Shown: positions 30,368-40,722 of the stretch, piece after piece
How the letters are laid out: every line of letters starts with the position of its first letter
Position numbering within the stretch: position 1 is the stretch's first letter
Virus record (IMG/VR): IMGVR_UViG_3300046804_004848
Location: 64,001-128,000 of that record
Length of the DNA: 64,000 bases
Reading direction: 5' to 3' (one strand)
Source of the DNA: a virus
The notes under the pieces: model-generated
Told to the model about the DNA's origin: nothing
The model's input: the letters and a program-made list of their open reading frames with translations, nothing else
Database searches by the model: none
Translations under genes and position numbers: made by a program

Positions 30368-31351
30368 TTACGCTTGCGCAGTCTTCTTACTACGAATCAT
30401 AGCAAGAATGTTGGCAGTTGTATCAGAGGTTTGAGGTGTTGTAACCTTTACTTCAGAAGTTACAACAGGCTCCTCATCCTCATCTACTACAGGAGTTGAA
30501 ACTTGTTGACGTGGTGTAGCAACATATGAATCGTCATCATGGTAAGCAGTATCTTTAGATGCTTGTACACCACGTGGACGGAAATATGCTCCCCACTTGT
30601 CAGTATCGTATTCCTCACCATTAACACTAGCGTCAAACATTTCTTTCATAACACGTAGTTCGCTTTCGCTAGGTTTCTTTGGTAAGAAATCTTTTAAATT
30701 AAATAAACCATGCTTGTCTACAGCAGCATGCTCAGCCTCAGTGAGTGCACTTTCTTTACGTGCCCATCCACTTGTGCTGTAATCAGCATAACCACCTTTG
30801 CTAGTCTTAACGATTTTGAAATCAAGACCCTTCAAATAATGTGTGGGATTTTCCTCAATCTCAGGATCCATCAAACTACTCTTAATCACACCAAAAATTT
30901 GTGGTGAAATAATAAAACGACGAATTGGGTTTTCAGGTAAACTATCTTCCTTAAACGCAGAACCACGCACAAAACCTTGGAAAATATAAGTACGCTTTTT
31001 CCAATACTTGTTTGCAATTTCTTTCAATGATGCGTCTTTATACCATGTACGTACTTCAGCAAGAATAGGGCAATTGTCTCCATACATTTCAACGCATGGT
31101 ACTTTGACAAATACTTTCCTTGATTCTTGACCCTTGATACCACTAAATTCTAACGTAATTAAATTACGCTCAACCCAAAAATAATCATTCAATCCATCAG
31201 CATCAGGTAAGAAACGAACCGTAGTGGTTGTGTTTTCTTCCATATTCCAAAATGGATAGATGGCATTATCGCCTGTATATTGTGTGTTATTTTGGGGATT
31301 TGATTTGGCTTCTTGTGCAGCCAATTTTGCACGAATTGCAGCTAATGACAT
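30368..31351 (-). CDS. gp32-like single-stranded DNA-binding protein
   Basis: VRFLPD, CPI, YWKKR, GLDFKIVK..KGGYADY, acidic tail; next to uvsX. Confidence 0.88.
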   Translation of the reverse strand: MSLAAIRAKLAAQEAKSNPQNNTQYTGDNAIYPFWNMEENTTTTVRFLPDADGLNDYFWVERNLITLEFSGIKGQESRKVFVKVPCVEMYGDNCPILAEVRTWYKDASLKEIANKYWKKRTYIFQGFVRGSAFKEDSLPENPIRRFIISPQIFGVIKSSLMDPEIEENPTHYLKGLDFKIVKTSKGGYADYSTSGWARKESALTEAEHAAVDKHGLFNLKDFLPKKPSESELRVMKEMFDASVNGEEYDTDKWGAYFRPRGVQASKDTAYHDDDSYVATPRQQVSTPVVDEDEEPVVTSEVKVTTPQTSDTTANILAMIRSKKTAQA

Positions 31352-31499
31352 TTTATATTCTCCTTAAAAAGTTAAAAGTGTAGCTAAAATTGAGACCTAA
31401 GTGTAGTTGCGAGAACAACGAACACAGATTGAATAATACTTGATTTCTTTCTGTGTTAAAAGTATTTAGGATAAACAGGTACGCAAAAAATATATATTC

Positions 31500-33401
31500 T
31501 TAACGTACTGAATTATGACCCATAAATTTGCGTAATTCACGTGCTTGTTTGATTGCTCGCTTGGCATCTTTACGCTTTTGGGCAGGTGTGCGTGTATCTT
31601 GCAAATCTTCAGGTGTTCCACCAATTGGGCTTAAACTATTTCCACCAAAATAATTTGGGTTATCAGCCTCATGTAATTCATGCCCCATACGTTTTTTCAC
31701 TATGTCCATAATATATTGTACATCATCATCACTTAATTGTGGACTCATACACTTGCGCCAATATCCAAATTTTTGTTCTTCAGATAAATTAGGATCAATT
31801 AATACCTTGCGCATATCTGTGCCACGTGGTCCATTTATATTCTTATATGGGTCATTCGTTTGTTGCCTACTTAGCACATCTAATGTTTCAAAATTATAAC
31901 TGCGCCCATTATACTCTTTTACATGACTCATGCTATCAGCACGATCATTACCAAATATAGCCGTAACATGCTTATATCCTAATTCATTTAACTTCTTCAA
32001 CGCACTCATCAATGTAGGCATACTATCGTCAGCAGCAACAAAAGATTGTTTGTGATTAGGAAATACTTTGTGATAGATAGATAATTTTTCACTAGGTGTA
32101 AGCGGATCATCTTCACCCATTGTTCTGCTTAATATCACATAAGGATCTGCACCTTGTTCATTAGCTGTGGTAAACACACTGTTAGCTAAGTACATATGCC
32201 CACGGTGACCCATACAACGACCAAAAGTTATTACCGCACGATCACTTTTACCATTACGACTAATTGATTCTTTTAAATACTTAGATTCATTTTTGAACTT
32301 ATTTGCTCTAGTAAATGCGCCACGTTTGACTAGTTTGATTGGGTTAACACCTTCGTTAATATCGTAAACAAATCCTTCACCACCACGTTGTCCATCAGGT
32401 AATTCTGCCTCAATGCCTAACTTGCGTAATGTACTTTCTTCAAGTTGGTCAACAATTAAATCTTTAATTTTCATAGTAGCACGTATCATCCTAAAAGTGT
32501 CATTAGCTCCATCTAAATGTGTTTTTAAATGTTCAGCCAATATGTTTTGTTCTTTGGCAGATAAACTATCACGTGCATAGGTAGTGAAATTATCTCCTAA
32601 ATTATGTAACGCATCTAAGTCATTTTCATTAATTTGACTGTTGACATATTCATATAGAATCTTTTTTATAACCATTGGTGATACAAACTCATTAATACTA
32701 TTACGCTTTTGTTTGGCAAAGTTCCAATATTTTTCTAATAATGTACGTTCTAATTTTGGTGAATCACTTGTATGTAATGGTGGAATAACAACAACTTTAT
32801 TACCTGTAAAACTATTGGCATAATCACCTACAGGATATCGTCTACCACCTGTAGCGGGTAAGTCACGAAAATATGCAGTGGCGGCACATCCACTTACACT
32901 ATTGGCAATACGTTGTCCTAATTGACTTTGTGGGTTTATTTTATAAATTACAGTATTTGGGTTACATTGGAAACAATTTTCTAAAAGACCTGGCGAATTT
33001 TTGTATAACAATCCTGCTTCTAAGTAACCACGAAAATCCTTTGGCGTTGCTGCTTCATATATTTCATACAATGCTGCCATATCACGTGCAAATTGTTCAC
33101 GCTCAAATGTACGCTTAGGTTTACGTCCAATATATTGTTCATATACTGCTTGTGGACTGTCTACAATATCACGACTATATTTGTCACCAAAGTGAAAACG
33201 ACCATTGTCTGTCCTACCGAAAATTATAGCAGGACTACCATCCCATTTTACTTCAAGTGGTTGACGTTTAATAATACCTGCAATACACTCAAGCACACGT
33301 TTTATACCACGTGCGCCTTCTATGTAAATTAAATCTTCAAGGTGTTGGAATTCACGACCAACAGGTGGTTTAGCAGATTCCAACAGTATTGATGTTGACA
33401 T
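31500..33401 (-). CDS. DUF6267-like (KxDG ligase-type) domain fused to cytidylyltransferase-like domain
   Basis: HLEDL, VKWDGSPA, GEGFV, KLV; then FGR..GHRGH and G.DR. Confidence 0.7.
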   Translation of the reverse strand: MSTSILLESAKPPVGREFQHLEDLIYIEGARGIKRVLECIAGIIKRQPLEVKWDGSPAIIFGRTDNGRFHFGDKYSRDIVDSPQAVYEQYIGRKPKRTFEREQFARDMAALYEIYEAATPKDFRGYLEAGLLYKNSPGLLENCFQCNPNTVIYKINPQSQLGQRIANSVSGCAATAYFRDLPATGGRRYPVGDYANSFTGNKVVVIPPLHTSDSPKLERTLLEKYWNFAKQKRNSINEFVSPMVIKKILYEYVNSQINENDLDALHNLGDNFTTYARDSLSAKEQNILAEHLKTHLDGANDTFRMIRATMKIKDLIVDQLEESTLRKLGIEAELPDGQRGGEGFVYDINEGVNPIKLVKRGAFTRANKFKNESKYLKESISRNGKSDRAVITFGRCMGHRGHMYLANSVFTTANEQGADPYVILSRTMGEDDPLTPSEKLSIYHKVFPNHKQSFVAADDSMPTLMSALKKLNELGYKHVTAIFGNDRADSMSHVKEYNGRSYNFETLDVLSRQQTNDPYKNINGPRGTDMRKVLIDPNLSEEQKFGYWRKCMSPQLSDDDVQYIMDIVKKRMGHELHEADNPNYFGGNSLSPIGGTPEDLQDTRTPAQKRKDAKRAIKQARELRKFMGHNSVR

Positions 33402-33402
33402 A

Positions 33403-36228
33403 TTATAGACCTGATAGTTTTCTAATCCTATCAAGTGATCCTTCTTCAAGATCCATTGGGACTTTATCTTTTTTATGTTTTACTTCACCACGCTTATCAG
33501 CTTGTTTTTTATCTTTGTGTTTGCCCATACCCCCACCACCAATTCCTGCCATAGCATTTTTGGCTACAGGGTTACGTACTTTTACTGAAGATTCTTTGTC
33601 TTTAGATGCTTCTTTTACAGGGGGATTAGAATATAAACCGACAACTTCTTTATACGCAGGTTTTAAGTGAGTATTAATATAATCTAAATATTGTCCTTGT
33701 TCATTAGGACGCACAAATTTTTTAATTCTTTCTTCTACATAAGGAATTGCTTGATAGATATATTTTAGTAAATGAGGAATAACTTTGGGATTTTGCCATA
33801 AATCACTTTTAGTCATTTCAGTCCATTTTATACCATTAATCACAGGTCCTTGATAGGTGCGAAACATATCTAATAATTCATTAGTTGCTGCTTGATCAAT
33901 ACCATGATTTTTCAGTGCAGCACTTTTAAATGATATAAACATACTCCAAGCTTGTAACAACTCAAATAATTTCTTTTCTGTTGCGTTTTTGGGTATACCT
34001 TCATCTAACATTGCGTTTTCATTGGCTTTATTTTTAACACAATTAGGATATTTTTTACCAAACATTGTTTTCATACCATCTTTATGATAGCCTTTCCAAC
34101 ATGCTTCTTCAATTTCACCTTCAAACTCTTTTAAATATTCCTCTACTGCAGCACTAGGTTGCTGTGTACGTTGTTTGAGCATCTTTGCTGTATCATCTGC
34201 TGCACGTACAAAACCTTGGTCATCAAAACGTTTCTTTTGTTTTTGTAACAAAGCTCGCATTTCATCAGGTGTAGGCATCTTACCTTTAAGCTCATTAACT
34301 TGCTCACCACCCTTAGTCACGAGTATTGCTGCAGGTGCACTACCTACTTTTACAGTCTTTACAGTAAACCCACCACCAAGCACACTTTGTACATAACCTT
34401 TTAATTCTTGTGGAGTAAATCCTTTTTGGAACGTTCCTGCAGTTGTAATGATACTATTAGGTTCATCTTGTGGCTCACCTTTTGCAGATAAAACATCTTT
34501 GCCACGTGTTGTGATAAGTGCTGAACCACCTTGCATAAGGATACGACCAATATCTTTTACTGCTGCATCACGCCAACCTTTATCATTAGGTATAACATTA
34601 AGAACATTTAATGATACAATTTTTGCGTATGACTCATCAGGTATACTATCAACACGATCAAAGTTAGGCTTAAATCCTGCCTTAGGATGCATTTCATAAC
34701 TATCAGCACCAATCTCTGATGAACCTAATCCCAATCCCGCACCAAAGTCTAATGTCTTGCCTTGCGGTCCGTCTACTTTATCTAACAAACCTTTTGCATA
34801 ACGATAGGTGGGTAAAGTACCTGCAATTTGTGTTTTTTGTGACAAACGTGGGTCATAATCTTCACGCATGCCACCTTCAGGAGCAGGTGGAGGTGGAGGA
34901 GGTGGTGGAACATCTTGTGGCGCAGGTGCTGCTGTTTTTGGGGCAGCTTTTGGAGCAGGTGTTGGAGCAACAGCAGGAGTTTCTTCTGCAGAAATTTTAT
35001 CAAGAATTTCCTCATAGTGTTTATCTTGTGCATTTTCTTGCATCCAACCAATGATAATAGGACGTGCATCTTGGTCAGGTTTACTCATACCTGCTTTTTG
35101 TAAGCGTGAATTTAACGCAGGTTCGTCAAGAATACCTTCAATTTCATTGATAGCATTTTTGCCATCAGGTCCTAATGTTAAGAACTCGCTATCTGCTCCA
35201 AGTAAATCTACTAAATCATCAAGTGAACCTGTTGATGTTGGATGTAATACTTCATTAACAATACCACTAGCCCACTCGTTAAAATCATTGACTTCAGACA
35301 TTTCTGTTATGTTCTTAGACAAACGATGTAACACAGGAATTGCGCTTTCTACACGTGGATCTAAGCGTTGTGTTAAAAACATTTGTGAAATGGATGTGTC
35401 AACATTGTCTTCGTTTAATGTAGGTTTCCAACTTTCAAAATACTTATTATATCCACGTGAACCTTGTAACTGTTTAACAGTTTCACGCAATGCTTGATAA
35501 TGATTTTGCGCTTCGTTTACTAATTTTATTGCGCTTTCGTTAAATTGTTTGTTGCGTGTGGCACGTACAAAACCACCTAAACGGTTGATATCTTCTGCTA
35601 TTTCGCTAATATGGTTCCAACGCTCATCATTATAACGACCACCTTCAGCTAAATGTCTAGCATATGCTCTTGCTACGCTTGGTTTTTTGGTATCAAGTAA
35701 AAATCTTTCACCTGTTTCTGTTTCTAAAAAAATCTTTTGAATATTACGAAAACGTGCATCAGTTTCTTCTAATGGTCGGCTATGTTTAAGGATCATCTTC
35801 ACCGTACCAGGATTCTTATCGCTATAACTTGTATGGCGTGTACCGTAATAACCTTCATCTAATTTTTTCTGATGTTCACGTTTTTTCATATCAGTAGCTA
35901 ACCTATCAATATTTTTTGTTTTAAAATCTAACTGATGCATCATGGCAAAGCGTTTTAATTGTTTAACAAACTGAAACCAATCATCGCTACCATCATCTTC
36001 ATTCATAATAGCATCATCATAATACAAATTTAATGACTTAGTACCGTCAATTGATACGGTTGCAGTTGCTTTTTCATTGCCATTAGGTGCGAATTTAAAC
36101 TGAAATAATTCAGCATCATCGGGTATAGGCACTTGTTTACCACTACTATCATATGGAATAGCATCCATACCTTTAGCATCTAAAAAATTGTCTAAGTCTA
36201 CATTGATAAGTTCATTATTCTTTGGCAT
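33403..36228 (-). CDS. large modular putative head/internal protein containing a SAM-methyltransferase module
   Basis: 941 aa; LDFGAGLG and NVLNVI; CWKGY...PNCVK; Pro-rich linker; ends LDRIRKLSGL. Confidence 0.7.
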   Translation of the reverse strand: MPKNNELINVDLDNFLDAKGMDAIPYDSSGKQVPIPDDAELFQFKFAPNGNEKATATVSIDGTKSLNLYYDDAIMNEDDGSDDWFQFVKQLKRFAMMHQLDFKTKNIDRLATDMKKREHQKKLDEGYYGTRHTSYSDKNPGTVKMILKHSRPLEETDARFRNIQKIFLETETGERFLLDTKKPSVARAYARHLAEGGRYNDERWNHISEIAEDINRLGGFVRATRNKQFNESAIKLVNEAQNHYQALRETVKQLQGSRGYNKYFESWKPTLNEDNVDTSISQMFLTQRLDPRVESAIPVLHRLSKNITEMSEVNDFNEWASGIVNEVLHPTSTGSLDDLVDLLGADSEFLTLGPDGKNAINEIEGILDEPALNSRLQKAGMSKPDQDARPIIIGWMQENAQDKHYEEILDKISAEETPAVAPTPAPKAAPKTAAPAPQDVPPPPPPPPAPEGGMREDYDPRLSQKTQIAGTLPTYRYAKGLLDKVDGPQGKTLDFGAGLGLGSSEIGADSYEMHPKAGFKPNFDRVDSIPDESYAKIVSLNVLNVIPNDKGWRDAAVKDIGRILMQGGSALITTRGKDVLSAKGEPQDEPNSIITTAGTFQKGFTPQELKGYVQSVLGGGFTVKTVKVGSAPAAILVTKGGEQVNELKGKMPTPDEMRALLQKQKKRFDDQGFVRAADDTAKMLKQRTQQPSAAVEEYLKEFEGEIEEACWKGYHKDGMKTMFGKKYPNCVKNKANENAMLDEGIPKNATEKKLFELLQAWSMFISFKSAALKNHGIDQAATNELLDMFRTYQGPVINGIKWTEMTKSDLWQNPKVIPHLLKYIYQAIPYVEERIKKFVRPNEQGQYLDYINTHLKPAYKEVVGLYSNPPVKEASKDKESSVKVRNPVAKNAMAGIGGGGMGKHKDKKQADKRGEVKHKKDKVPMDLEEGSLDRIRKLSGL

Positions 36229-36255
36229 GATAAATCCACTTTTATAGTGTATTTA

Positions 36256-37830
36256 TCAGGTTATAGAACTTAATGTCATTATAAAGGGCATGGGTTCAAC
36301 GTATTCACTGTGGTCACGAATATGTGTATCTAAATCACTATGATAATTTTGAAGGTGCTGTAAAATACGTACAACAAGTAATGTTGCCATTACTAAGTCA
36401 TCTGTTTCGCCTATTTTAGCAGCATAACTACCTTGTGCTGCAACAAAAGACTTGAGTTCTGTCACTAATGCTTTACTTTTAAGCACCATTTTTTGACTTT
36501 CAATAAGGTTTTTAAGCTTACTACATGCTGCTAGTTTACTTTTTTGTGTTGTATTGAAACCTTTTCTATAACGTTTTACTGCACCCACCTGTTTAGGCTC
36601 ACTTAACATCGTACCTTTAATATTTTCTTCACCATATTCTGATAAAGAAATTAAAGCAGCTTCACCAATCGTATTGTTCTCTAAACTATAATATAAATTA
36701 TTAGGTTCATTGGTACATTCTACAATATAATCATTAATCTTTGCTAGTAACTTAATTTGTTCAGGTATGGTAGTTCTATTATGTTTCCACTCTCCAATTT
36801 GTGTGGTAGTATTAGCTTCAAAAATTTGTATAGCAGCAGGGTCACTACCTGTACCTAAACTTGGGTCTAATCCCACACAGTAAATATTTCCTTTTTTTGG
36901 TTTAGAATACCATCTTATTTGACCCATACGTTCAATGGGTTCAATGCCTTCAAGCGTAGTTAACATTAGTGGATTAATTAATGTTTCATCACCAATAACA
37001 AATTCACAACCAATTTCTCGTCTAAATCTTTCTTCACCAAGTTGGGATTTCATGGATTCAGCCCATGCGTCATCACGGCCTGGTTGCTCGCTCCAATGTG
37101 CTTTATATGCTTTAAAACCATTAATTCCTAATTCTGTATCATTACCATACTCATCTTGAGTTTTATTAGCTGCTTTCCAAATTAATGCAAACTGATCTTC
37201 ATCACTATTTGGGGTACTTGTTATAATTGCCTTACCACCTGTTGCTAGTGTAGGAGCAATAGAAGTCCAAAATTCTTTAGCTATACTTGGTCTAACGAAC
37301 GCAAATTCATCAAGATATAATAATGATATAGAAAGACCACGACCTGTATTTTCTGTTGTAGTAGCACTAATAATTCTACTACCATTTTCAAAATCTAATG
37401 ATCCTTTGTTATAAGTTACAACACCTGCTTTAATATGAGTAGGACAGTTTTCATAACCATAACGTATACGTTGCATAATTTCCTGCGAACCTGCATACTT
37501 ATGCGCTGCTACTAAAATTGTACTGTCGGGAACAAACATGGCATACCAAAGTAAATAACCTGCAGCACTTGTAGATTTACCACTTTGACGTGGCATCAAA
37601 GATATTGAATAACGATAATTATGATAAGTTTCAATTAAACGTTTTTGATAATCATATGGATGATAATTCATACTACCCTTAGTAGGGTGTTGAATCATGA
37701 AAAAATTATCCATAAAATACAGATAACCTGTATTAGGATCACAGCATTTTAAGAAATCTTGTAACTGTTTGTCATCCTTAAATGATGTTAACTCATAAGG
37801 ATTCTTAATAAGTTGAATACTACTATTCAT
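36256..37830 (-). CDS. terminase large subunit (T4 gp17-like)
   Basis: PRQSGKS, YLDEFAF, TSTPN, GLDPS, ENN, DDLVMA. Confidence 0.95.
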   Translation of the reverse strand: MNSSIQLIKNPYELTSFKDDKQLQDFLKCCDPNTGYLYFMDNFFMIQHPTKGSMNYHPYDYQKRLIETYHNYRYSISLMPRQSGKSTSAAGYLLWYAMFVPDSTILVAAHKYAGSQEIMQRIRYGYENCPTHIKAGVVTYNKGSLDFENGSRIISATTTENTGRGLSISLLYLDEFAFVRPSIAKEFWTSIAPTLATGGKAIITSTPNSDEDQFALIWKAANKTQDEYGNDTELGINGFKAYKAHWSEQPGRDDAWAESMKSQLGEERFRREIGCEFVIGDETLINPLMLTTLEGIEPIERMGQIRWYSKPKKGNIYCVGLDPSLGTGSDPAAIQIFEANTTTQIGEWKHNRTTIPEQIKLLAKINDYIVECTNEPNNLYYSLENNTIGEAALISLSEYGEENIKGTMLSEPKQVGAVKRYRKGFNTTQKSKLAACSKLKNLIESQKMVLKSKALVTELKSFVAAQGSYAAKIGETDDLVMATLLVVRILQHLQNYHSDLDTHIRDHSEYVEPMPFIMTLSSIT

Positions 37831-37848
37831 TACATATCTTAAAATATC

Positions 37849-39729
37849 TTAATTGACTTCTTGCCATTCAATACTTGCATAAACATCTTGGTTAGTACCA
37901 ATAGTTGCGGCTGTCATTACATATTCGTACATTACATTAGTAAAAGGCTGTCTTTGTAGTTGAACTTCAAAACCAAATGATTCCTGACTTGGAGCTGCCG
38001 CAGTTTGATTACTTGACATAATAAATCCTTCAGTAACAATTTCTCCACTACTGACCGCAGTAGGTGCTAAATTATATTCAACGGGACTTGATGCTCCGAT
38101 GCCAGTCCATGTTCCACCAGTAGTTACTGCTCTACTATAGATACGGTACTTAAATGTACTTTGTGCTACGGGTGCTATGGTAAAGAATGTAGGCAATACA
38201 ATACTATCAGGACAAGTGCTTAATAATCTTATGCTTAACAATGGCTTAAAGCTAGTGTCGTTGGGTAATTGTATTGGAGTACCCAAATTATGTCCAATAC
38301 TTCTAGGTGTTCCTGACAATGAGTAACCACCTTCACTAATTACTGTACTACAAATTTGTCTTAGTGTGCTAGAACTACTTGCTGTACCTGTGTTCTCAAT
38401 TTCAAATCTTAGTGGCAAACTACCTGTAGACATGTATGTTGTAGTGTTACCTGGTATATTAGCATGGTTAAATGTATGTACAACAATATATTGACCACCA
38501 ATGATGAATCCTGTGCGAACGCTACCTACACCTAACCATTCAATGTCACAGAAAAAGATTTGGTCTACTGCCGTATTCAACTCAACACCACTAGGTCCAA
38601 GACCATTTAATGGATCACCATTCCAACTACTTTGTGCTACTCTATTTTCAACTACACTACCTGAACTATAACTACGAATGACCATATACAGTGTGCTGTC
38701 ACTTTGTTCAAAATAAATGCCATTCTGACTGTTGAAATAACCCACACGTTGGCGTAGATTAGGTTTAGCAATATTCATACAGAATGATGAATAAATTAGT
38801 AAACTCTTACCAGGCTGATATGGGAATACTTTATATGTTTCTGCATATACTTTATCACCGCTAGCAGTATTAACTGCCATAGCAAATGTGCTACTGTTAC
38901 TATCAAATGTATACGTACCTGCACCTGCTGTATTGCTAGCAAATTGATTATGATTGTAGTATCTAGTTTGTGTATCAAATAATGTTTGTGGATTACTTAC
39001 ACGCAATCTACCAAAACTATCACTTTGTGTTGGCGCAAAAAAGCTTGCATTATTTACACCTTCTACGTATAATGGATTAGTTACACTGTTTACATTACTG
39101 TCTTTTGATACAGATATAGGATTACCTGTATCATTTTTAATTTCAACTTCGGGCATTGTTCCAATATTAACGTTTCCTGTAATACCAACATTACCATCAA
39201 CCGTTAAACTACCACCACCATCTACTACTGTAACATTAGCAGTAATTCCTGCTATATTTCCTGTAATACTACTGACTGCAACAGTACCTGTTACAGCAGC
39301 ATTGACATTCCCACCTGTTATATTGGCATTGACATTGGGCATTGTTCCAATATTAATATTACTAGTAATTCCTGCTATATTTCCTGTAATACTACTGACC
39401 GCTACAGTACCTGTTACCGCAGCATTTACATTGGGCATTGTTCCAATATTTACATTACCACTTACGCCTACGTTACCACCTGCGATTGTAACGTTACTAT
39501 TGCCATCAATACTTACAGGCATCCATGGTACTGTTAGGTTACCTGAATTACCAACTTCAGAAATATGTGCATCGATATTACCAGGTATATTTACATTACC
39601 TTCAATGACAATATTTCCTGTAAAACCTGTGCGTACATAAACATTACCACTTGTTTCATCTAAAGCAAGTGCTTGGTTGATATTACGTAAATACCATGGG
39701 GCTACATTGGATGGGTTAGGTTCTGCCAT
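37849..39729 (-). CDS. virion structural protein with Asn/Gly/Val repeats
   Basis: NIGTMP and VTGTVAVSSITGNIAG repeats; DSFGRLRVS..., YQPGKS domain. Confidence 0.65.
   Translation of the reverse strand: MAEPNPSNVAPWYLRNINQALALDETSGNVYVRTGFTGNIVIEGNVNIPGNIDAHISEVGNSGNLTVPWMPVSIDGNSNVTIAGGNVGVSGNVNIGTMPNVNAAVTGTVAVSSITGNIAGITSNINIGTMPNVNANITGGNVNAAVTGTVAVSSITGNIAGITANVTVVDGGGSLTVDGNVGITGNVNIGTMPEVEIKNDTGNPISVSKDSNVNSVTNPLYVEGVNNASFFAPTQSDSFGRLRVSNPQTLFDTQTRYYNHNQFASNTAGAGTYTFDSNSSTFAMAVNTASGDKVYAETYKVFPYQPGKSLLIYSSFCMNIAKPNLRQRVGYFNSQNGIYFEQSDSTLYMVIRSYSSGSVVENRVAQSSWNGDPLNGLGPSGVELNTAVDQIFFCDIEWLGVGSVRTGFIIGGQYIVVHTFNHANIPGNTTTYMSTGSLPLRFEIENTGTASSSSTLRQICSTVISEGGYSLSGTPRSIGHNLGTPIQLPNDTSFKPLLSIRLLSTCPDSIVLPTFFTIAPVAQSTFKYRIYSRAVTTGGTWTGIGASSPVEYNLAPTAVSSGEIVTEGFIMSSNQTAAAPSQESFGFEVQLQRQPFTNVMYEYVMTAATIGTNQDVYASIEWQEVN
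39241..39427. repeat. imperfect ~60-bp direct repeat (123-bp period) within the structural gene
   Basis: agtaattcctgctatatttcctgtaatactactgac at 39241 and 39364. Confidence 0.85.
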
Positions 39730-39755
39730 AATAATATCTCTATTAATTTATTTAT

Positions 39756-39953
39756 CTAAATTGGTTTTTCTCCCGTTAGATGAGTTTGGGCAAACCATAA
39801 CTTAAACCACGCAGGGTCGCCAGGCCTAATATTTTTCTCTCGCATTATTTGCGCTTTTTGGGTAGCAGACATACTTATTGCTGCACCATAATCAGATGAA
39901 TTTGGCAGGGTAATACCTGCCAATTTTCTTAAATCGTCTAATTCATCACTCAT
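39756..39953 (-). CDS. small hypothetical protein
   Basis: ELDDLRKLAGI, PGDPAWFKLWF; TAAATA-N5-ATG. Confidence 0.7.
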   Translation of the reverse strand: MSDELDDLRKLAGITLPNSSDYGAAISMSATQKAQIMREKNIRPGDPAWFKLWFAQTHLTGEKPI

Positions 39954-39977
39954 AAAGATATTTATGAGTGTTTTGTA

Positions 39978-40673
39978 CTATTTTAAATCAAGTGCTCTAG
40001 CTTTGTGTGCTACTACACAATAAAAATGTTCCATGACTTTTTTATCGGTACCATCTTCATTTTTGCCAACAATAAGCTCAAACTGTAAATTTTCAAATTT
40101 ATCAATATCAAATCCTGTACGCTGTAATAATGCTGCTAACATGCGCTCACCAAAAATACTATAATGGTTTAAATTATATTCATGCAAACGATCACAGTTT
40201 GGTGCAGGAACTTCAATATAGATGTATTTTTGATGTTTTAATACTCTATTATATTCTGCTAAGGTAAACAATGGGTATGGACTATGCTCTAATGCATGTC
40301 TGCAAAAGATTAAATCTGTACTTTCATCAATATACCCTTTTTGTTGTGGCAAAAAACTTAAATCAAATGGTTCAACAGGATGTCCATTATCCTTACACAT
40401 CTTAATATCATTATCACTTAAGGTAATTCCAACATAATTGGTATAACCTTTTTGTTTGATTTCGTCCATAAAGTACCCAGGCCCGCACCCCATGTCTAAA
40501 ATTCTAGCATCTTTTGGTAACTCAAGTGGGTCAATATACTTTTCAACTACAGATTTTGTAAGTTGTTGATGAAAACCGCTAGGTCCTTCATCGTAAATAT
40601 GTGTTGCTAACCATTCATGATACCATTTTAACTTGATAGCATCAACTGTTTTGTTAATATCAATATTTTTCAT
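39978..40673 (-). CDS. class I SAM-dependent methyltransferase
   Basis: ILDMGCGPG, RHALEHS, EYNRVLK. Confidence 0.88.
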   Translation of the reverse strand: MKNIDINKTVDAIKLKWYHEWLATHIYDEGPSGFHQQLTKSVVEKYIDPLELPKDARILDMGCGPGYFMDEIKQKGYTNYVGITLSDNDIKMCKDNGHPVEPFDLSFLPQQKGYIDESTDLIFCRHALEHSPYPLFTLAEYNRVLKHQKYIYIEVPAPNCDRLHEYNLNHYSIFGERMLAALLQRTGFDIDKFENLQFELIVGKNEDGTDKKVMEHFYCVVAHKARALDLK

Positions 40674-40722
40674 AGTGTTCCTCTGTAACACTACTTATAC
40701 GCAGTAAAGACTTATTAAAAAA

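Noticed and set aside
36256-37830. Intein or intron in terminase, uvsX or the dnaE-like gene
   Set aside because: Lengths are normal or short, frames are continuous, and no C/S...HN splice motifs were seen.
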